A DNA stretch of 64,000 nucleotides from NCBI RefSeq assembly GCF_000027125.1, contig NC_017626.1; one strand, 5' to 3'. The notes beneath the pieces were generated by a model that was given only the letters and a program-made list of their open reading frames with translations, ran no database searches and was not told the origin of the DNA. Each line of letters starts with the position of its first letter. The first letter of the stretch is position 1. The translations under genes and the position numbers were made by a program. Origin of the DNA: Escherichia coli 042. GTDB taxonomy: Bacteria > Pseudomonadota > Gammaproteobacteria > Enterobacterales > Enterobacteriaceae. Of this stretch, positions 23,561 to 35,550 are shown piece by piece.

Positions 23561-24613
23561 ATGAATTATCAGAACGACGATTTACGCATCAAAGAAATCA
23601 AGGAGTTACTTCCTCCTGTCGCATTGCTGGAAAAATTCCCCGCTACTGAAAATGCCGCGAATACGGTCGCCCATGCCCGAAAAGCGATCCATAAAATCCT
23701 GAAAGGTAATGATGATCGCCTGTTGGTGGTGATTGGTCCGTGCTCAATTCATGATCCTGTCGCGGCTAAAGAGTATGCCGCTCGCTTGCTGACGCTGCGT
23801 GAAGAGCTGCAAGATGAGCTGGAAATCGTGATGCGCGTCTATTTTGAAAAGCCGCGTACTACGGTGGGCTGGAAAGGGCTGATTAACGATCCGCATATGG
23901 ATAACAGCTTCCAGATCAACGATGGTCTGCGTATTGCCCGCAAATTGCTGCTCGATATTAACGACAGCGGTCTGCCAGCGGCGGGTGAATTTCTCGATAT
24001 GATCACCCCGCAGTATCTCGCTGACCTGATGAGCTGGGGCGCAATTGGCGCACGTACCACGGAATCGCAGGTGCACCGCGAACTGGCGTCTGGTCTTTCT
24101 TGCCCGGTAGGCTTCAAAAATGGCACTGATGGTACGATTAAAGTGGCTATCGATGCCATTAATGCCGCTGGTGCGCCGCACTGCTTCCTGTCCGTAACGA
24201 AATGGGGGCATTCGGCGATTGTGAATACCAGCGGTAACGGCGATTGCCATATCATTCTGCGCGGCGGTAAAGAGCCTAACTACAGCGCGAAGCACGTTGC
24301 TGAAGTGAAAGAAGGGCTGAACAAAGCAGGCCTGCCAGCACAGGTGATGATCGATTTCAGCCATGCTAATTCGTCCAAACAATTCAAAAAGCAGATGGAT
24401 GTTTGTACTGACGTTTGCCAGCAGATTGCTGGTGGCGAAAAGGCCATTATTGGCGTGATGGTGGAAAGCCATCTGGTGGAAGGCAATCAGAGCCTCGAGA
24501 GTGGGGAACCGCTGGCCTATGGCAAGAGCATCACTGATGCCTGCATCGGCTGGGAAGATACCGATGCTCTGTTACGTCAACTGGCGAATGCAGTAAAAGC
24601 GCGTCGCGGGTAA
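23561..24613 (+). CDS. aroG: DAHP synthase, Phe-sensitive
   Basis: 350-aa ORF MNYQNDDLRIKEIKELLPPVALLEKFPATENAANTVAHARKAIHKILKGNDDRLLVVIGPCSIHD, matches E. coli AroG. Confidence 0.95.
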   Translation: MNYQNDDLRIKEIKELLPPVALLEKFPATENAANTVAHARKAIHKILKGNDDRLLVVIGPCSIHDPVAAKEYAARLLTLREELQDELEIVMRVYFEKPRTTVGWKGLINDPHMDNSFQINDGLRIARKLLLDINDSGLPAAGEFLDMITPQYLADLMSWGAIGARTTESQVHRELASGLSCPVGFKNGTDGTIKVAIDAINAAGAPHCFLSVTKWGHSAIVNTSGNGDCHIILRGGKEPNYSAKHVAEVKEGLNKAGLPAQVMIDFSHANSSKQFKKQMDVCTDVCQQIAGGEKAIIGVMVESHLVEGNQSLESGEPLAYGKSITDACIGWEDTDALLRQLANAVKARRG

Positions 24614-24621
24614 GGTTTAAT

Positions 24622-24694
24622 TGTCGGATGCGCCGTCAGAGTGGCATATCCGATGAATCACCGTAGCCCTGACAAGACGCGCAGCGTCGCATCA
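24622..24694. repeat. REP-like extragenic palindromic elements downstream of aroG
   Basis: Sequences resembling the REP consensus (gtcggatgcgccgtcag... and gtagccctgacaagacgcgcagcgtcgcatcaggc) in the aroG-gpmA intergenic region. Confidence 0.5.
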
Positions 24695-24778
24695 GGCAAT
24701 GTGCTCCATTGTTAGCAACGACAAACAAAAAAGCCGACTCACTTGCAGTCGGCTTTCTCATTTTTAAGCGAATGACGT

Positions 24779-25531
24779 TTACTTCGCTTTACCCTGGTTC
24801 GCAACGGCCGCTGCTTTCGCCGCGATCTCGTCAGCATTACCCAGATAATAGCGTTTCAACGGTTTGAAATTCTCGTCGAACTCATACACCAGTGGCACAC
24901 CAGTCGGGATATTCAGCTCAAGAATCTCTTCTTCGCTCATGTTATCGAGATATTTCACCAGCGCACGTAACGAGTTACCGTGTGCGGCGATGATGACGCG
25001 CTCACCGCTCTTCATACGCGGCAGAATGGTTTCATTCCAGTAAGGGATCACGCGGTCAATGGTCAGCGCCAGGCTTTCCGTCAGTGGCAGTTCTTTCTCG
25101 CTCAGCTTCGCGTAACGTGGATCGTGACCCGGATAACGCTCATCATCTTTAGTCAGTTCCGGCGGAGTCACTGCAAAACCACGACGCCACTGTTTCACCT
25201 GCTCGTCGCCATACTTTTCAGCGGTTTCTGCTTTGTTCAGACCCTGCAACGCACCGTAGTGACGTTCGTTCAGTTTCCAGGATTTCTCAACGGGCAGCCA
25301 TGCCTGATCCAGTTCGTCCAGCACATTCCACAGGGTATGGATAGCGCGTTTCAGCACAGAGGTGTAAGCAAAGTCAAAGCTGTAACCTTCCTCTTTCAGC
25401 AGCTTACCTGCTGCTTTTGCTTCGCTTACGCCTTTCTCAGACAGATCCACGTCGTACCAACCGGTGAAACGGTTTTCTTTGTTCCACTGACTTTCGCCAT
25501 GACGAACCAGAACCAGCTTAGTTACAGCCAT
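24779..25531 (-). CDS. gpmA: 2,3-bisphosphoglycerate-dependent phosphoglycerate mutase
   Basis: 250-aa protein from [17 protein letters not shown] (phosphohistidine motif); the track ORF starts 5 codons upstream. Confidence 0.95.
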
Positions 25532-25710
25532 ATACTTACTCCTCAAATCATCTTTTAATGATAATAATTCTCATTATATTGCCGTGACGAAGCAACAGCA
25601 ATGCTTACGCATAACCATAGCGAAAATAGTGTCGCAGTGTAAGGTTGTTGTGAATATTGAGTTGCAAATATGTCGGTGTTTGCTGGTGATTTGAACAATA
25701 TGAAGATAAA

Positions 25711-25727
25711 GCCCTCATGACGAGGGC
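25711..25727 (-). terminator. Hairpin terminator downstream of galM
   Basis: Perfect stem gccctc / gagggc with 5-nt loop, flanked by A/T runs, 7 bp beyond the galM stop. Confidence 0.55.
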
Positions 25728-25733
25728 TTAACA

Positions 25734-26774
25734 TTACTCAGCAATAAACTGATATTCCGTCAGGCTGGAATACTCTTCGCCAGGACGCAGGAAGCAGTCC
25801 GGTTGCGGCCATTCAGGGTGGTTCGGGCTGTCCGGCAGAAACTCGCTTTCCAGAGCCAGCCCTTGCCAGTCGGCGTAAGGTTCGGTTCCCCGCGACGGTG
25901 TGCCGCCGAGGAAGTTGCCGGAGTAGAATTGCAGAGCCGGAGCGGTGGTGTAGACCTTCAGCTGCAATTTTTCATCTGCTGACCAGACATGCGCCGCCAC
26001 TTTCTTGCCATCGCCTTTGGCCTGTAACAAGAATGCGTGATCGTAACCTTTCACTTTGCGCTGATCGTCGTCGGCAAGAAACTCACTGGCGATGATTTTG
26101 GCGCTGCGGAAATCAAAAGACGTTCCGGCGACAGATTTCAGGCCGTCGAGCGGAATGCCGCCTTCATCAACCGGCAGATATTCGTTCGCCAGAATCTGCA
26201 ACTTGTGATTGCGCACGTCAGACTGCTCGCCGTCAAGATTGAAATAGACGTGATTAGTCATATTCACCGGGCAAGGTTTATCAACTGTGGCGCGATAAGT
26301 AATGGAGATACGGTTATCGTCGGTCAGACGATATTGCACCGTCGCACCGAGATTACCCGGGAAGCCCTGATCGCCATCATCTGAACTCAGGGCAAACAGT
26401 ACCTGACGATCGTTCTGGTTCACAATCTGCCAGCGACGTTTGTCGAACCCTTCCGGGCCGCCGTGCAGCTGGTTAACGCCCTGACTTGGCGAAAGCGTCA
26501 CGGTTTCACCGTCAAAGGTATAACGGCTATTGGCGATACGGTTGGCATAACGACCAATAGAGGCCCCCAGAAACGCGGCCTGATCCTGATAGCATTCCGG
26601 GCTGGCACAGCCGAGCAGCGCCTCGCGGACGCTGCCATCGGAAAGCGGAATACGGGCTGAAAGTAAAGTCGCACCCCAGTCCATCAGCGTGACTACCATC
26701 CCTGCGTTGTTACGCAAAGTTAACAGTCGGTACGGCTGACCATCGGGTGCCAGTGCGGGAGTTTCGTTCAGCAC
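25734..26774 (-). CDS. galM: Aldose 1-epimerase (galactose mutarotase)
   Basis: 346-aa ORF, last gene of the gal operon. Confidence 0.95.
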   Translation of the reverse strand: MLNETPALAPDGQPYRLLTLRNNAGMVVTLMDWGATLLSARIPLSDGSVREALLGCASPECYQDQAAFLGASIGRYANRIANSRYTFDGETVTLSPSQGVNQLHGGPEGFDKRRWQIVNQNDRQVLFALSSDDGDQGFPGNLGATVQYRLTDDNRISITYRATVDKPCPVNMTNHVYFNLDGEQSDVRNHKLQILANEYLPVDEGGIPLDGLKSVAGTSFDFRSAKIIASEFLADDDQRKVKGYDHAFLLQAKGDGKKVAAHVWSADEKLQLKVYTTAPALQFYSGNFLGGTPSRGTEPYADWQGLALESEFLPDSPNHPEWPQPDCFLRPGEEYSSLTEYQFIAE

Positions 26775-27916
26775 TGTCCTGCTCCTTGTGATGGTTTACA
26801 AACGTAAAAAGTCTCTTTAATACCTGTTTTTGCTTCATATTGTTCAGCGACAGCTTGCTGTACGGCAGGCACCAGCTCTTCCGGGATCAGCGCGACGATA
26901 CAGCCGCCAAATCCGCCGCCGGTCATGCGTACGCCACCTTTGTCGCCAATCACAGCTTTGACGATTTCTACCAGAGTGTCAATTTGCGGCACGGTGATTT
27001 CGAAATCATCGCGCATAGAGGCATGAGACTCCGCCATCAACTCGCCCATACGTTTCAGGTCGCCTTGCTCCAGCGCGCAGGCAGCTTCAACGGTGCGGGC
27101 GTTTTCAGTCAGGATATGACGCACGCGTTTCGCCACGATTGGGTCCAGTTCATGCGCAACAGCGTTGAACTCTTCAATGGTGACATCGCGCAGGGCTGGC
27201 TGCTGGAAGAAACGCGCACCGGTTTCGCACTGTTCACGACGGGTGTTGTATTCGCTGCCAACCAGGGTACGTTTGAAGTTACTGTTGATGATGACGACAG
27301 CCACACCTTTGGGCATGGAAACTGCTTTGGTCCCCAGTGAGCGGCAGTCAATCAGCAAGGCATGATCTTTCTTGCCGAGTGCGGAAATTAGCTGATCCAT
27401 GATCCCGCAGTTACAGCCAACAAACTGGTTTTCTGCTTCCTGACCGTTAAGCGCGATTTGTGCGCCGTCCAGCGGCAGATGATAAAGCTGCTGCAATACG
27501 GTTCCGACCGCGACTTCCAGTGAAGCGGAAGAACTTAACCCGGCACCCTGCGGCACATTGCCGCTGATCACCATGTCCACACCGCCGAAGCTGTTGTTAC
27601 GCAGTTGCAGATGTTTCACCACGCCACGAACGTAGTTCGCCCATTGATAGTTTTCATGCGCGACAATGGGCGCATCGAGGGAAAACTCGTCGAGCTGATT
27701 TTCATAATCGGCTGCCATTACGCGAACTTTACGGTCATCGCGTGGCGCACAGCTGATCACGGTTTGATAATCAATCGCGCAGGGCAGAACGAAACCGTCG
27801 TTGTAGTCGGTGTGTTCACCAATCAAATTCACGCGGCCAGGCGCCTGAATGGTGTGAGTGGCAGGGTAGCCAAATGCGTTGGCAAACAGAGATTGTGTTT
27901 TTTCTTTCAGACTCAT
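26768..27916 (-). CDS. galK: Galactokinase
   Basis: 382-aa GHMP kinase [49 protein letters not shown]. Confidence 0.95.
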   Translation of the reverse strand: MSLKEKTQSLFANAFGYPATHTIQAPGRVNLIGEHTDYNDGFVLPCAIDYQTVISCAPRDDRKVRVMAADYENQLDEFSLDAPIVAHENYQWANYVRGVVKHLQLRNNSFGGVDMVISGNVPQGAGLSSSASLEVAVGTVLQQLYHLPLDGAQIALNGQEAENQFVGCNCGIMDQLISALGKKDHALLIDCRSLGTKAVSMPKGVAVVIINSNFKRTLVGSEYNTRREQCETGARFFQQPALRDVTIEEFNAVAHELDPIVAKRVRHILTENARTVEAACALEQGDLKRMGELMAESHASMRDDFEITVPQIDTLVEIVKAVIGDKGGVRMTGGGFGGCIVALIPEELVPAVQQAVAEQYEAKTGIKETFYVCKPSQGAGQC

Positions 27917-27919
27917 TTC

Positions 27920-28966
27920 TTACACTCCGGATTCGCGAAAATGGATATCGCTGACTGCGCGCAAACGCTCTGCTGCCTGTTCTGCGGTCAGGTCTCGCTG
28001 GGTCTCTGCCAGCATTTCATAACCAACCATAAATTTACGTACGGTGGCGGAGCGCAACAGAGGCGGATAAAAGTGCGCGTGCAGCTGCCAGTGTTGATTC
28101 TCTTCGCCATTAAATGGCGCGCCGTGCCAGCCCATAGAGTAGGGGAAGGAGCACTGGAAGAGGTTGTCATAACGACTGGTCAGCTTTTTCAACGCCAGTG
28201 CCAAATCGCTGCGCTGGGCGTCGGTCAAATCGGTGATCCGTAAAACGTGGGCTTTGGGCAGCAGTAGCGTTTCGAACGGCCAGGCAGCCCAGTAAGGCAC
28301 GACGGCTAACCAGTGTTCGGTTTCGACAACGGTACGGCTACCGTCTGCCAGCTCGCGCTGAACATAATCCACCAGCATTGGTGATTTCTGTTCGGCAAAA
28401 TATTCTTTTTGCAGGCGGTCTTCGCGCTCAGCTTCGTTAGGCAGGAAGCTATTTGCCCAAATCTGTCCGTGCGGATGCGGGTTAGAGCAGCCCATCGCCG
28501 CACCTTTGTTTTCAAAGACCTGCACCCATGGGTATGTTTTCCCCAGTTCTGCGGTTTGCTCCTGCCAGGTTTTGACGATTTCCGTCAATGCCGCAACGCT
28601 GAGTTCTGGCAACGTTTTACTGTGATCCGGTGAAAAGCAGATCACCCGGCTGGTACCGCGCGCGCTCTGGCAACGCATCAGCGGATCGTTGCTTTCTGGC
28701 GCATCTGGCGTGTCAGACATCAAGGCCGCAAAGTCATTAGTGAAAACGTAAGTCCCGGTGTAATCGGGGTTTTTATCGCCTGTCACCCGCACATTACCTG
28801 CGCAGAGGAAGCAATCTGGATCGTGCGCAGGTAACACCTGTTTGGCTGGCGTTTCCTGCGCCCCCTGCCAGGGGCGCTTAGCGCGGTGCGGTGAAACCAG
28901 AATCCATTGCCCGGTGAGCGGGTTGTAGCGGCGATGTGGATGATCAACGGGATTAAATTGCGTCAT
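27920..28966 (-). CDS. galT: Galactose-1-phosphate uridylyltransferase
   Basis: 348-aa ORF with HPH active-site motif ([12 protein letters not shown]). Confidence 0.95.
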   Translation of the reverse strand: MTQFNPVDHPHRRYNPLTGQWILVSPHRAKRPWQGAQETPAKQVLPAHDPDCFLCAGNVRVTGDKNPDYTGTYVFTNDFAALMSDTPDAPESNDPLMRCQSARGTSRVICFSPDHSKTLPELSVAALTEIVKTWQEQTAELGKTYPWVQVFENKGAAMGCSNPHPHGQIWANSFLPNEAEREDRLQKEYFAEQKSPMLVDYVQRELADGSRTVVETEHWLAVVPYWAAWPFETLLLPKAHVLRITDLTDAQRSDLALALKKLTSRYDNLFQCSFPYSMGWHGAPFNGEENQHWQLHAHFYPPLLRSATVRKFMVGYEMLAETQRDLTAEQAAERLRAVSDIHFRESGV

Positions 28967-28975
28967 GGTCGTTCC

Positions 28976-29992
28976 TTAATCGGGATATCCCTGTGGATGG
29001 CGTGACTGCCAGTGCCAGGTGTCCTGCGCCATTTCATCGAGTGTGCGCGTCACGCGCCAGTTCAGTTCACGGTCGGCTTTGCTGGCGTCCGCCCAGTAGG
29101 CCGGAAGGTCGCCCTCGCGACGCGGTGCAAAATGATAGTTAACCGGTTTGCCGCAAGCTTTGCTGAAGGCATTAACCACGTCCAGCACGCTGCTGCCTAC
29201 GCCAGCGCCGAGGTTGTAGATGTGTACGCCTGGCTTGTTCGCCAGTTTTTCCATCGCCACGACGTGACCGTCGGCCAGATCCATTACGTGGATGTAATCG
29301 CGTACGCCAGTACCGTCTTCGGTCGGATAATCGTTACCAAAAATCGCCAGCGAGTCGCGACGGCCTACAGCAACCTGGGCGATGTATGGCATCAAGTTAT
29401 TCGGAATGCCTTGCGGATCTTCGCCCATATCGCCCGACGGATGCGCGCCAACCGGGTTGAAGTAGCGCAGCAGGGCAATGCTCCAGTCCGGCTGGGCTTT
29501 TTGCAGATCGGTGAGGATCTGTTCCACCATCAGCTTGCTTTTGCCGTAAGGGCTTTGCGGTGTGCCGGTCGGGAAGCTTTCAACGTATGGAATTTTGGGC
29601 TGATCGCCATAAACGGTGGCGGAGGAGCTAAAAATAAAGTTTTTGACGTTAGCGGCGCGCATGGCGCTAATCAGGCGCAGAGTACCGTTGACATTGTTGT
29701 CGTAATATTCCAGCGGTTTTTGTACCGATTCGCCAACGGCTTTCAGCCCGGCGAAGTGGATCACGGTGTCGATAGCGTGATCGTGCAGGATCTCGGTCAT
29801 CAACGCTTCGTTACGGATATCGCCTTCAACAAACGTTGGATGTTTGCCGCCTAAACGCTCGATAACGGGCAGTACGCTGCGCTTACTGTTACAGAGGTTA
29901 TCAAGAATGATGACATCATGACCGTTTTGCAGTAATTGCACACAGGTATGACTTCCAATGTAACCGCTACCACCGGTAACCAGAACTCTCAT
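28976..29992 (-). CDS. galE: UDP-glucose 4-epimerase
   Basis: 338-aa protein from MRVLVTGGSGYIGSHT (Rossmann motif); the track ORF starts 14 codons upstream. Confidence 0.95.
   Translation of the reverse strand: MRVLVTGGSGYIGSHTCVQLLQNGHDVIILDNLCNSKRSVLPVIERLGGKHPTFVEGDIRNEALMTEILHDHAIDTVIHFAGLKAVGESVQKPLEYYDNNVNGTLRLISAMRAANVKNFIFSSSATVYGDQPKIPYVESFPTGTPQSPYGKSKLMVEQILTDLQKAQPDWSIALLRYFNPVGAHPSGDMGEDPQGIPNNLMPYIAQVAVGRRDSLAIFGNDYPTEDGTGVRDYIHVMDLADGHVVAMEKLANKPGVHIYNLGAGVGSSVLDVVNAFSKACGKPVNYHFAPRREGDLPAYWADASKADRELNWRVTRTLDEMAQDTWHWQSRHPQGYPD
29958..29973 (-). promoter_or_regulatory. GalR/GalS internal operator OI
   Basis: Plus-strand atgtaaccgctaccac is the reverse complement of the known OI sequence GTGGTAGCGGTTACAT, located within the 5' end of galE. 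Confidence 0.8.
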
Positions 29993-30070
29993 AATTCGCT
30001 CCATTAGGCTTATGGTATGAAATAACCATAGCATAACAAAGATGCGAAAAGTGTGACATGGAATAAATTA

Positions 30071-30086
30071 GTGGAATCGTTTACAC
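30071..30086 (-). promoter_or_regulatory. GalR/GalS external operator OE in the gal promoter region
   Basis: Plus-strand gtggaatcgtttacac is the reverse complement of the known OE sequence GTGTAAACGATTCCAC, upstream of galE. Confidence 0.8.
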
Positions 30087-30185
30087 AGGAATTTAGCCGT
30101 TTTTTATGCGCGATTAAGTGATTATAAAACAGCGGCTTTATGAATGATTGCGCTTTTTATCTGAAAAAAAAGACGCGGTTTCATG

Positions 30186-30236
30186 CCTTGATGCGTCGAA
30201 CTGTAGGCCGGAGAGGGGGCTTAGGCCGCCTCCGGC
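30186..30236. repeat. REP-like palindromic element between modF and the gal promoter
   Basis: gccttgatgcgtcgaactgtaggccggag resembles REP consensus; adjacent palindrome gccggag...ctccggc. Confidence 0.45.
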
Positions 30237-30254
30237 ACAGTCAGCATTACCAAC

Positions 30255-31727
30255 TCAGTTTATTTTTGTCAGCACATAGCGATAGAGTCCGCCGTCTGGC
30301 ACGAACTCAAGACGATGGGTAATACAGGCAGGCGCATCTTCAGCGTGGTGCGAAACAAACAACAATTGCGTTTCACCTTCGCTAATCAGCACATCAACAA
30401 ACCGGCGGATAAGCTGGCGATTGAGCGGATCAAGCCCCTGTAGTGGTTCATCGAGAATAAGCAACGTCGGATGTTTCACCAGTGCACGGACGATCAGCGC
30501 CAGGCGTTGTTGCCCCCAGGAAAGACTATGGAACGGAGCGTCAGCCGTGCGTTTATCAATGCCGAGAATATCCAGCCACTGCTGCACCAGTTTTTGCTGG
30601 CGATCCGAAACGGCCTGATAAATGCCAATCGAATCAAAATAGCCAGAAAGGATCACATTACGCACGGTAGTGCTGACCCGGTAATCCAGATGCAAACTAC
30701 TGCTGACGTAACCGATATGCTTTTTGATATCCCAGATGGTTTCGCCGCTGCCGCGACGTCGTCCGAAAAGCGTCAAATCGTTGCTGTAACCTTGCGGATG
30801 ATCGCCAGTAATCAGGCTTAATAACGTCGATTTTCCCGCTCCATTTGGCCCGACAATTTGCCAGTGTTCGCCTGGATTCACCTGCCAGCTAAGGTTATTA
30901 AGAATGGGGCGATCGTTATAAGAAACCACGCCATTGTTCAGCACAATGCGCGGTTCGTTGGCGGGTAAGGCGTGACGTGCTGAAGGTTCATCCGGCTCCG
31001 GCAGTTGTACACCTTCAAGCTGTTCGCTATGCGCCAGTTGCGCGACGAGTGCTTGCTGGAGCAGTTCCTCTTTAGCGCCAGTTTCCGCTAACGTACAATC
31101 CGCCAGCACGCCAGCAAACTGGACAAATTCTGGGATCTCATCGAAGCGATTGAGCACCAGTACCAGAGTAATACCGGACTGATGTAACGAGGCGAGTAGC
31201 TCAGCCAGCTGCTGACGTGAGGCAACATCCAGGCCATCGAACGGTTCATCAAGGATCAACAAGTCAGGCTCCGACATCAGCGCCTGACACAGCAGGGTTT
31301 TTCGCGTCTCGCCAGTGGAAAGGTATTTAAAGCGTCGGTCGAGGAGGGCGGTAATACCGAACTGCTGCGCCAGTTGCATGCAACGCGGAGTATCCTTTAC
31401 TTCATCCTGAATGATCTCAGCCGTGGTACGCCCGGTGTCATCTTCGCCAGGGCCGAGCATATCGGTGTTATTCCGCTGCCATTCGTCGCTGACGAGCTTT
31501 TGCAATTGCTCGAAGGAGAGACGAGTGATGTGGGAAAACTGGCTTTGCCGTTCACCTTTCAAAAGCGGAAGTTCCCCCGCCAGCGCACGGGCCAGGGCCG
31601 ATTTCCCGCTTCCATTCGAACCGACAAACGCCCAACTATCACCCGCGTTTAACGTTAGCTGAGGCAATTGCAGCGTTTTTGTGTCGCTAAGACGAAACGT
31701 GCCTTGCAAAATTTGCAACGATGACAT
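30255..31727 (-). CDS. modF: ABC-type ATPase ModF (two ABC domains)
   Basis: 490-aa protein from MSSLQILQGTF with two Walker A motifs (GSNGSGKS, GPNGAGKS); the track ORF starts 4 codons upstream. Confidence 0.9.
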   Translation of the reverse strand: MSSLQILQGTFRLSDTKTLQLPQLTLNAGDSWAFVGSNGSGKSALARALAGELPLLKGERQSQFSHITRLSFEQLQKLVSDEWQRNNTDMLGPGEDDTGRTTAEIIQDEVKDTPRCMQLAQQFGITALLDRRFKYLSTGETRKTLLCQALMSEPDLLILDEPFDGLDVASRQQLAELLASLHQSGITLVLVLNRFDEIPEFVQFAGVLADCTLAETGAKEELLQQALVAQLAHSEQLEGVQLPEPDEPSARHALPANEPRIVLNNGVVSYNDRPILNNLSWQVNPGEHWQIVGPNGAGKSTLLSLITGDHPQGYSNDLTLFGRRRGSGETIWDIKKHIGYVSSSLHLDYRVSTTVRNVILSGYFDSIGIYQAVSDRQQKLVQQWLDILGIDKRTADAPFHSLSWGQQRLALIVRALVKHPTLLILDEPLQGLDPLNRQLIRRFVDVLISEGETQLLFVSHHAEDAPACITHRLEFVPDGGLYRYVLTKIN

Positions 31728-31794
31728 TTTATATCCCATTTTGTGCAGCGATTACTGACAGGGATACGTGTTTCATAACAAATTGTCAACACGC

Positions 31795-32583
31795 TTAGCA
31801 CAGCGTGGCGATAATCACGCTGTCGGCATTAAAGTAGGCCGTGACATTCTGTCCTTGCTGAAGAGAAGTCGCTTCATTTACCGGCACTGTGGCGCACAGT
31901 GTTTGCCCGTCCGGTAGCGCCATTAATACTTCGCACTGCTCTGCGCCGCGCTCAATATGACTAATAATACCCGGTAATTGGTTGTCGGCGTTTTGTGCGA
32001 CAGCTTCGTCCTGAGTAATGCCTACCCACGGCGCTTTTATCAATATCAACACTTCTTTGCCTTCATCCAGCCCCAGACGCGCGCCGCTTTGTGCGGTAAT
32101 TGCGACTTTCAGGCGTGTTTTTCCATCAGCCAGTAAGACATCAACATGCTGTTGAACGTCATCATGATCGCGGGCGGTGATGGTACCGAACCACTGGTTA
32201 CGGGCGCTGGTTTGCAGTGAAAAACGTGAGATCGCGGCCAGCAGGCTGTTCAGCGGCAGGGCGTCATCGTCACTTAACACATCAAAGGCTTTTTGCTGGA
32301 TTTGCGCCAGTAAGTCATAGAGCTGAATCAGTCGCTGACCATAGCGGGTCAGTACTGCGCCGCCGCCACCTTTACCGCCTGTTGCGCGCTCGACCAGAAT
32401 ATGCTCACTTAACTGATTCATCTCGTTAATGGCATCCCAGGCGCTTTTATAGCTGATACCGGCATCTTTCGCTCCCTGGCTAATGGAACCGGAAAGCGCA
32501 ATGTGTTTTAGTAGCGAAATGCGGCGCGGGTCGGCGAATAATTTTTGTTGGAGCTTAAGGGTGAGAAGGATTTCGGCCTGCAT
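31795..32583 (-). CDS. modE: Molybdate-responsive transcriptional regulator ModE
   Basis: 262-aa ORF with N-terminal HTH and C-terminal Mop domains, divergent from modABC. Confidence 0.9.
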   Translation of the reverse strand: MQAEILLTLKLQQKLFADPRRISLLKHIALSGSISQGAKDAGISYKSAWDAINEMNQLSEHILVERATGGKGGGGAVLTRYGQRLIQLYDLLAQIQQKAFDVLSDDDALPLNSLLAAISRFSLQTSARNQWFGTITARDHDDVQQHVDVLLADGKTRLKVAITAQSGARLGLDEGKEVLILIKAPWVGITQDEAVAQNADNQLPGIISHIERGAEQCEVLMALPDGQTLCATVPVNEATSLQQGQNVTAYFNADSVIIATLC

Positions 32584-32693
32584 AACAATGTCCTGGCAAA
32601 AGTCTTATTGTGACGGAAAACGAACGCCACGCAAAGCTGACCGCACAAAAGGGGAGTGCTTTTCTGTGCTTAGCGGTTAGAATAGTCTCATGA

Positions 32694-32861
<168 letters not shown>

Positions 32862-32983
32862 TTCCCTGAATGCCCGCTTAGTCGGGCATTTCTTTTGCTC
32901 AACTTCCTGCTTTTCCTGCCGATATTTTTTCTCATCTACCTCACAAAGGTTAGCAATAACTGCTGGGAAAATTCTGAGTTAGC

Positions 32984-33008
32984 CGTTATATTGACGCCTA
33001 CATAACGT
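32984..33008 (+). promoter_or_regulatory. Putative ModE operator in the modA promoter
   Basis: Inverted repeat cgttat...ataacg centred about 30 bp upstream of the modA start; position consistent with the known ModE site. Confidence 0.5.
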
Positions 33009-33026
33009 TACATTAAGGGGTTACCA

Positions 33027-33800
33027 ATGGCTCGTAAATGGTTGAACTTGTTTGCCGGGGCGGCACTCTCTTTCGCTGTTGCTGGCAATGCACTGGCAGA
33101 TGAAGGGAAAATCACGGTGTTCGCCGCCGCATCACTGACTAACGCAATGCAGGACATTGCTACGCAGTATAAAAAAGAGAAAGGCGTGGATGTGGTTTCT
33201 TCTTTCGCTTCGTCATCTACTTTGGCCCGTCAGATTGAAGCGGGTGCGCCTGCGGATCTGTTTATTTCTGCCGATCAGAAATGGATGGATTATGCGGTTG
33301 ATAAAAAAGCGATCGATACAGCTACACGTCAGACACTGCTCGGCAATAGCCTGGTCGTTGTAGCACCGAAAGCCAGCGAGCAGAAAGATTTCACCATCGA
33401 CAGCAAAACCAATTGGACTTCACTGCTGAATGGCGGTCGCCTGGCGGTTGGCGATCCGGAACATGTTCCCGCTGGCATTTATGCAAAAGAAGCACTGCAA
33501 AAACTGGGCGCATGGGATACGCTCTCCCCGAAACTGGCTCCGGCGGAAGATGTTCGTGGCGCGCTGGCGTTGGTCGAACGCAATGAAGCGCCGTTGGGCA
33601 TTGTTTACGGTTCTGACGCAGTTGCCAGCAAAGGGGTAAAAGTGGTTGCCACCTTCCCGGAAGATTCACATAAAAAAGTGGAATATCCGGTTGCTGTTGT
33701 GGAAGGGCATAACAATGCGACAGTGAAAGCATTTTATGATTATTTGAAAGGGCCGCAGGCTGCGGAAATCTTTAAACGTTACGGATTTACAACCAAGTAA
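33027..33800 (+). CDS. modA: Molybdate ABC transporter periplasmic binding protein
   Basis: 257-aa ORF with signal peptide. Confidence 0.95.
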   Translation: MARKWLNLFAGAALSFAVAGNALADEGKITVFAAASLTNAMQDIATQYKKEKGVDVVSSFASSSTLARQIEAGAPADLFISADQKWMDYAVDKKAIDTATRQTLLGNSLVVVAPKASEQKDFTIDSKTNWTSLLNGGRLAVGDPEHVPAGIYAKEALQKLGAWDTLSPKLAPAEDVRGALALVERNEAPLGIVYGSDAVASKGVKVVATFPEDSHKKVEYPVAVVEGHNNATVKAFYDYLKGPQAAEIFKRYGFTTK

Positions 33801-34489
33801 TGATACTGACCGATCCAGAATGGCAGGCAGTTTTATTAAGCCTGAAAGTTTCTTCCCTGGCTGTGCTGTTTAGCCTGCCGTTTGGGATCTTTTTTGCCTG
33901 GTTACTGGTGCGTTGCACGTTTCCGGGCAAAGCTCTGCTCGACAGCGTACTGCATCTACCGCTGGTGTTACCGCCCGTGGTCGTCGGTTACTTATTATTA
34001 GTTTCGATGGGACGGCGCGGATTTATCGGTGAACGTCTGTATGACTGGTTTGGTCTTTCTTTCGCGTTTAGCTGGCGCGGTGCGGTTCTCGCTGCCGCTG
34101 TCATGTCTTTTCCGCTGATGGTGCGGGCGATTCGTCTGGCGCTGGAAGGTGTTGATATCAAACTGGAGCAGGCCGCAAGAACACTGGGGGCCGGGCGCTG
34201 GCGAGTTTTCTTTACTATCACGTTACCGCTGACCTTACCGGGCATTATTGTTGGTACGGTACTGGCTTTTGCTCGTTCTCTCGGTGAGTTTGGTGCAACC
34301 ATCACCTTTGTGTCGAACATTCCTGGCGAAACGCGAACTATTCCCTCTGCCATGTATACCCTGATCCAGACCCCCGGCGGGGAAAGTGGCGCGGCGAGAC
34401 TGTGCATTATTTCTATTGCGCTGGCGATGATCTCCCTGTTGATTTCAGAATGGCTGGCCAGAATCAGCCGTGAACGGGCGGGGCGCTAA
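33800..34489 (+). CDS. modB: Molybdate ABC transporter permease
   Basis: 229-aa membrane protein overlapping the modA stop. Confidence 0.95.
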
Positions 34490-34491
34490 TC

Positions 34492-35550
34492 ATGCTGGAA
34501 CTGAATTTTTCCCAGACGTTGGGCAACCATTGCCTGACCATTAATGAAACGCTGCCCGCCAATGGCATCACTGCTATCTTTGGCGTCTCCGGTGCCGGAA
34601 AAACTTCGCTGATTAACGCCATCAGTGGACTGACGCGCCCGCAAAAAGGGCGGATTGTCCTCAATGGGCGGGTACTAAATGATGCCGAAAAAGGTATCTG
34701 CCTGACGCCGGAAAAGCGTCGCGTTGGCTATGTTTTTCAGGATGCGCGGCTGTTCCCGCATTACAAAGTGCGTGGCAATCTGCGCTACGGCATGTCGAAA
34801 AGTATGGTCGATCAGTTCGATAAGCTGGTGGCGCTTTTAGGCATTGAACCGTTGCTTGACCGTTTACCAGGCAGCCTGTCCGGAGGCGAAAAACAGCGCG
34901 TGGCGATTGGTCGGGCTTTGCTGACAGCACCGGAATTGCTGTTGCTGGATGAACCGCTGGCGTCACTGGATATTCCGCGTAAACGCGAACTGTTGCCTTA
35001 TCTGCAACGGCTGACACGGGAAATCAACATTCCGATGTTGTATGTCAGCCATTCGCTGGATGAGATCCTCCATCTGGCAGACAGAGTGATGGTACTGGAA
35101 AACGGTCAGGTGAAAGCCTTTGGCGCGCTGGAGGAAGTGTGGGGCAGTAGCGTGATGAATCCGTGGCTGCCGAAAGAGCAACAAAGTAGCATTCTGAAAG
35201 TGACGGTGCTTGAGCATCATCCGCATTACGCGATGACCGCGCTGGCGCTGGGCGATCAGCATTTGTGGGTCAATAAGCTGGACGAACCGCTGCAAGCTGC
35301 GCTACGTATCCGCATTCAGGCTTCCGATGTTTCTCTGGTTTTACAACCGCCGCAGCAAACCAGCATTCGTAACGTATTGCGGGCAAAAGTTGTTAATAGT
35401 TATGACGACAACGGCCAGGTGGAAGTGGAGCTGGAAGTCGGCGGTAAAACGCTGTGGGCGCGTATCAGCCCGTGGGCCAGGGATGAACTGGCGATCAAAC
35501 CAGGCCTGTGGCTGTACGCGCAAATTAAAAGTGTGTCGATAACCGCCTGA
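34492..35550 (+). CDS. modC: Molybdate ABC transporter ATPase
   Basis: 352-aa ORF with Walker [10 protein letters not shown] and ABC signature LSGGEKQR. Confidence 0.95.

Noticed and set aside
23744-24472. 242-aa minus-strand ORF
   Set aside because: Antisense to aroG, which is confidently identified.
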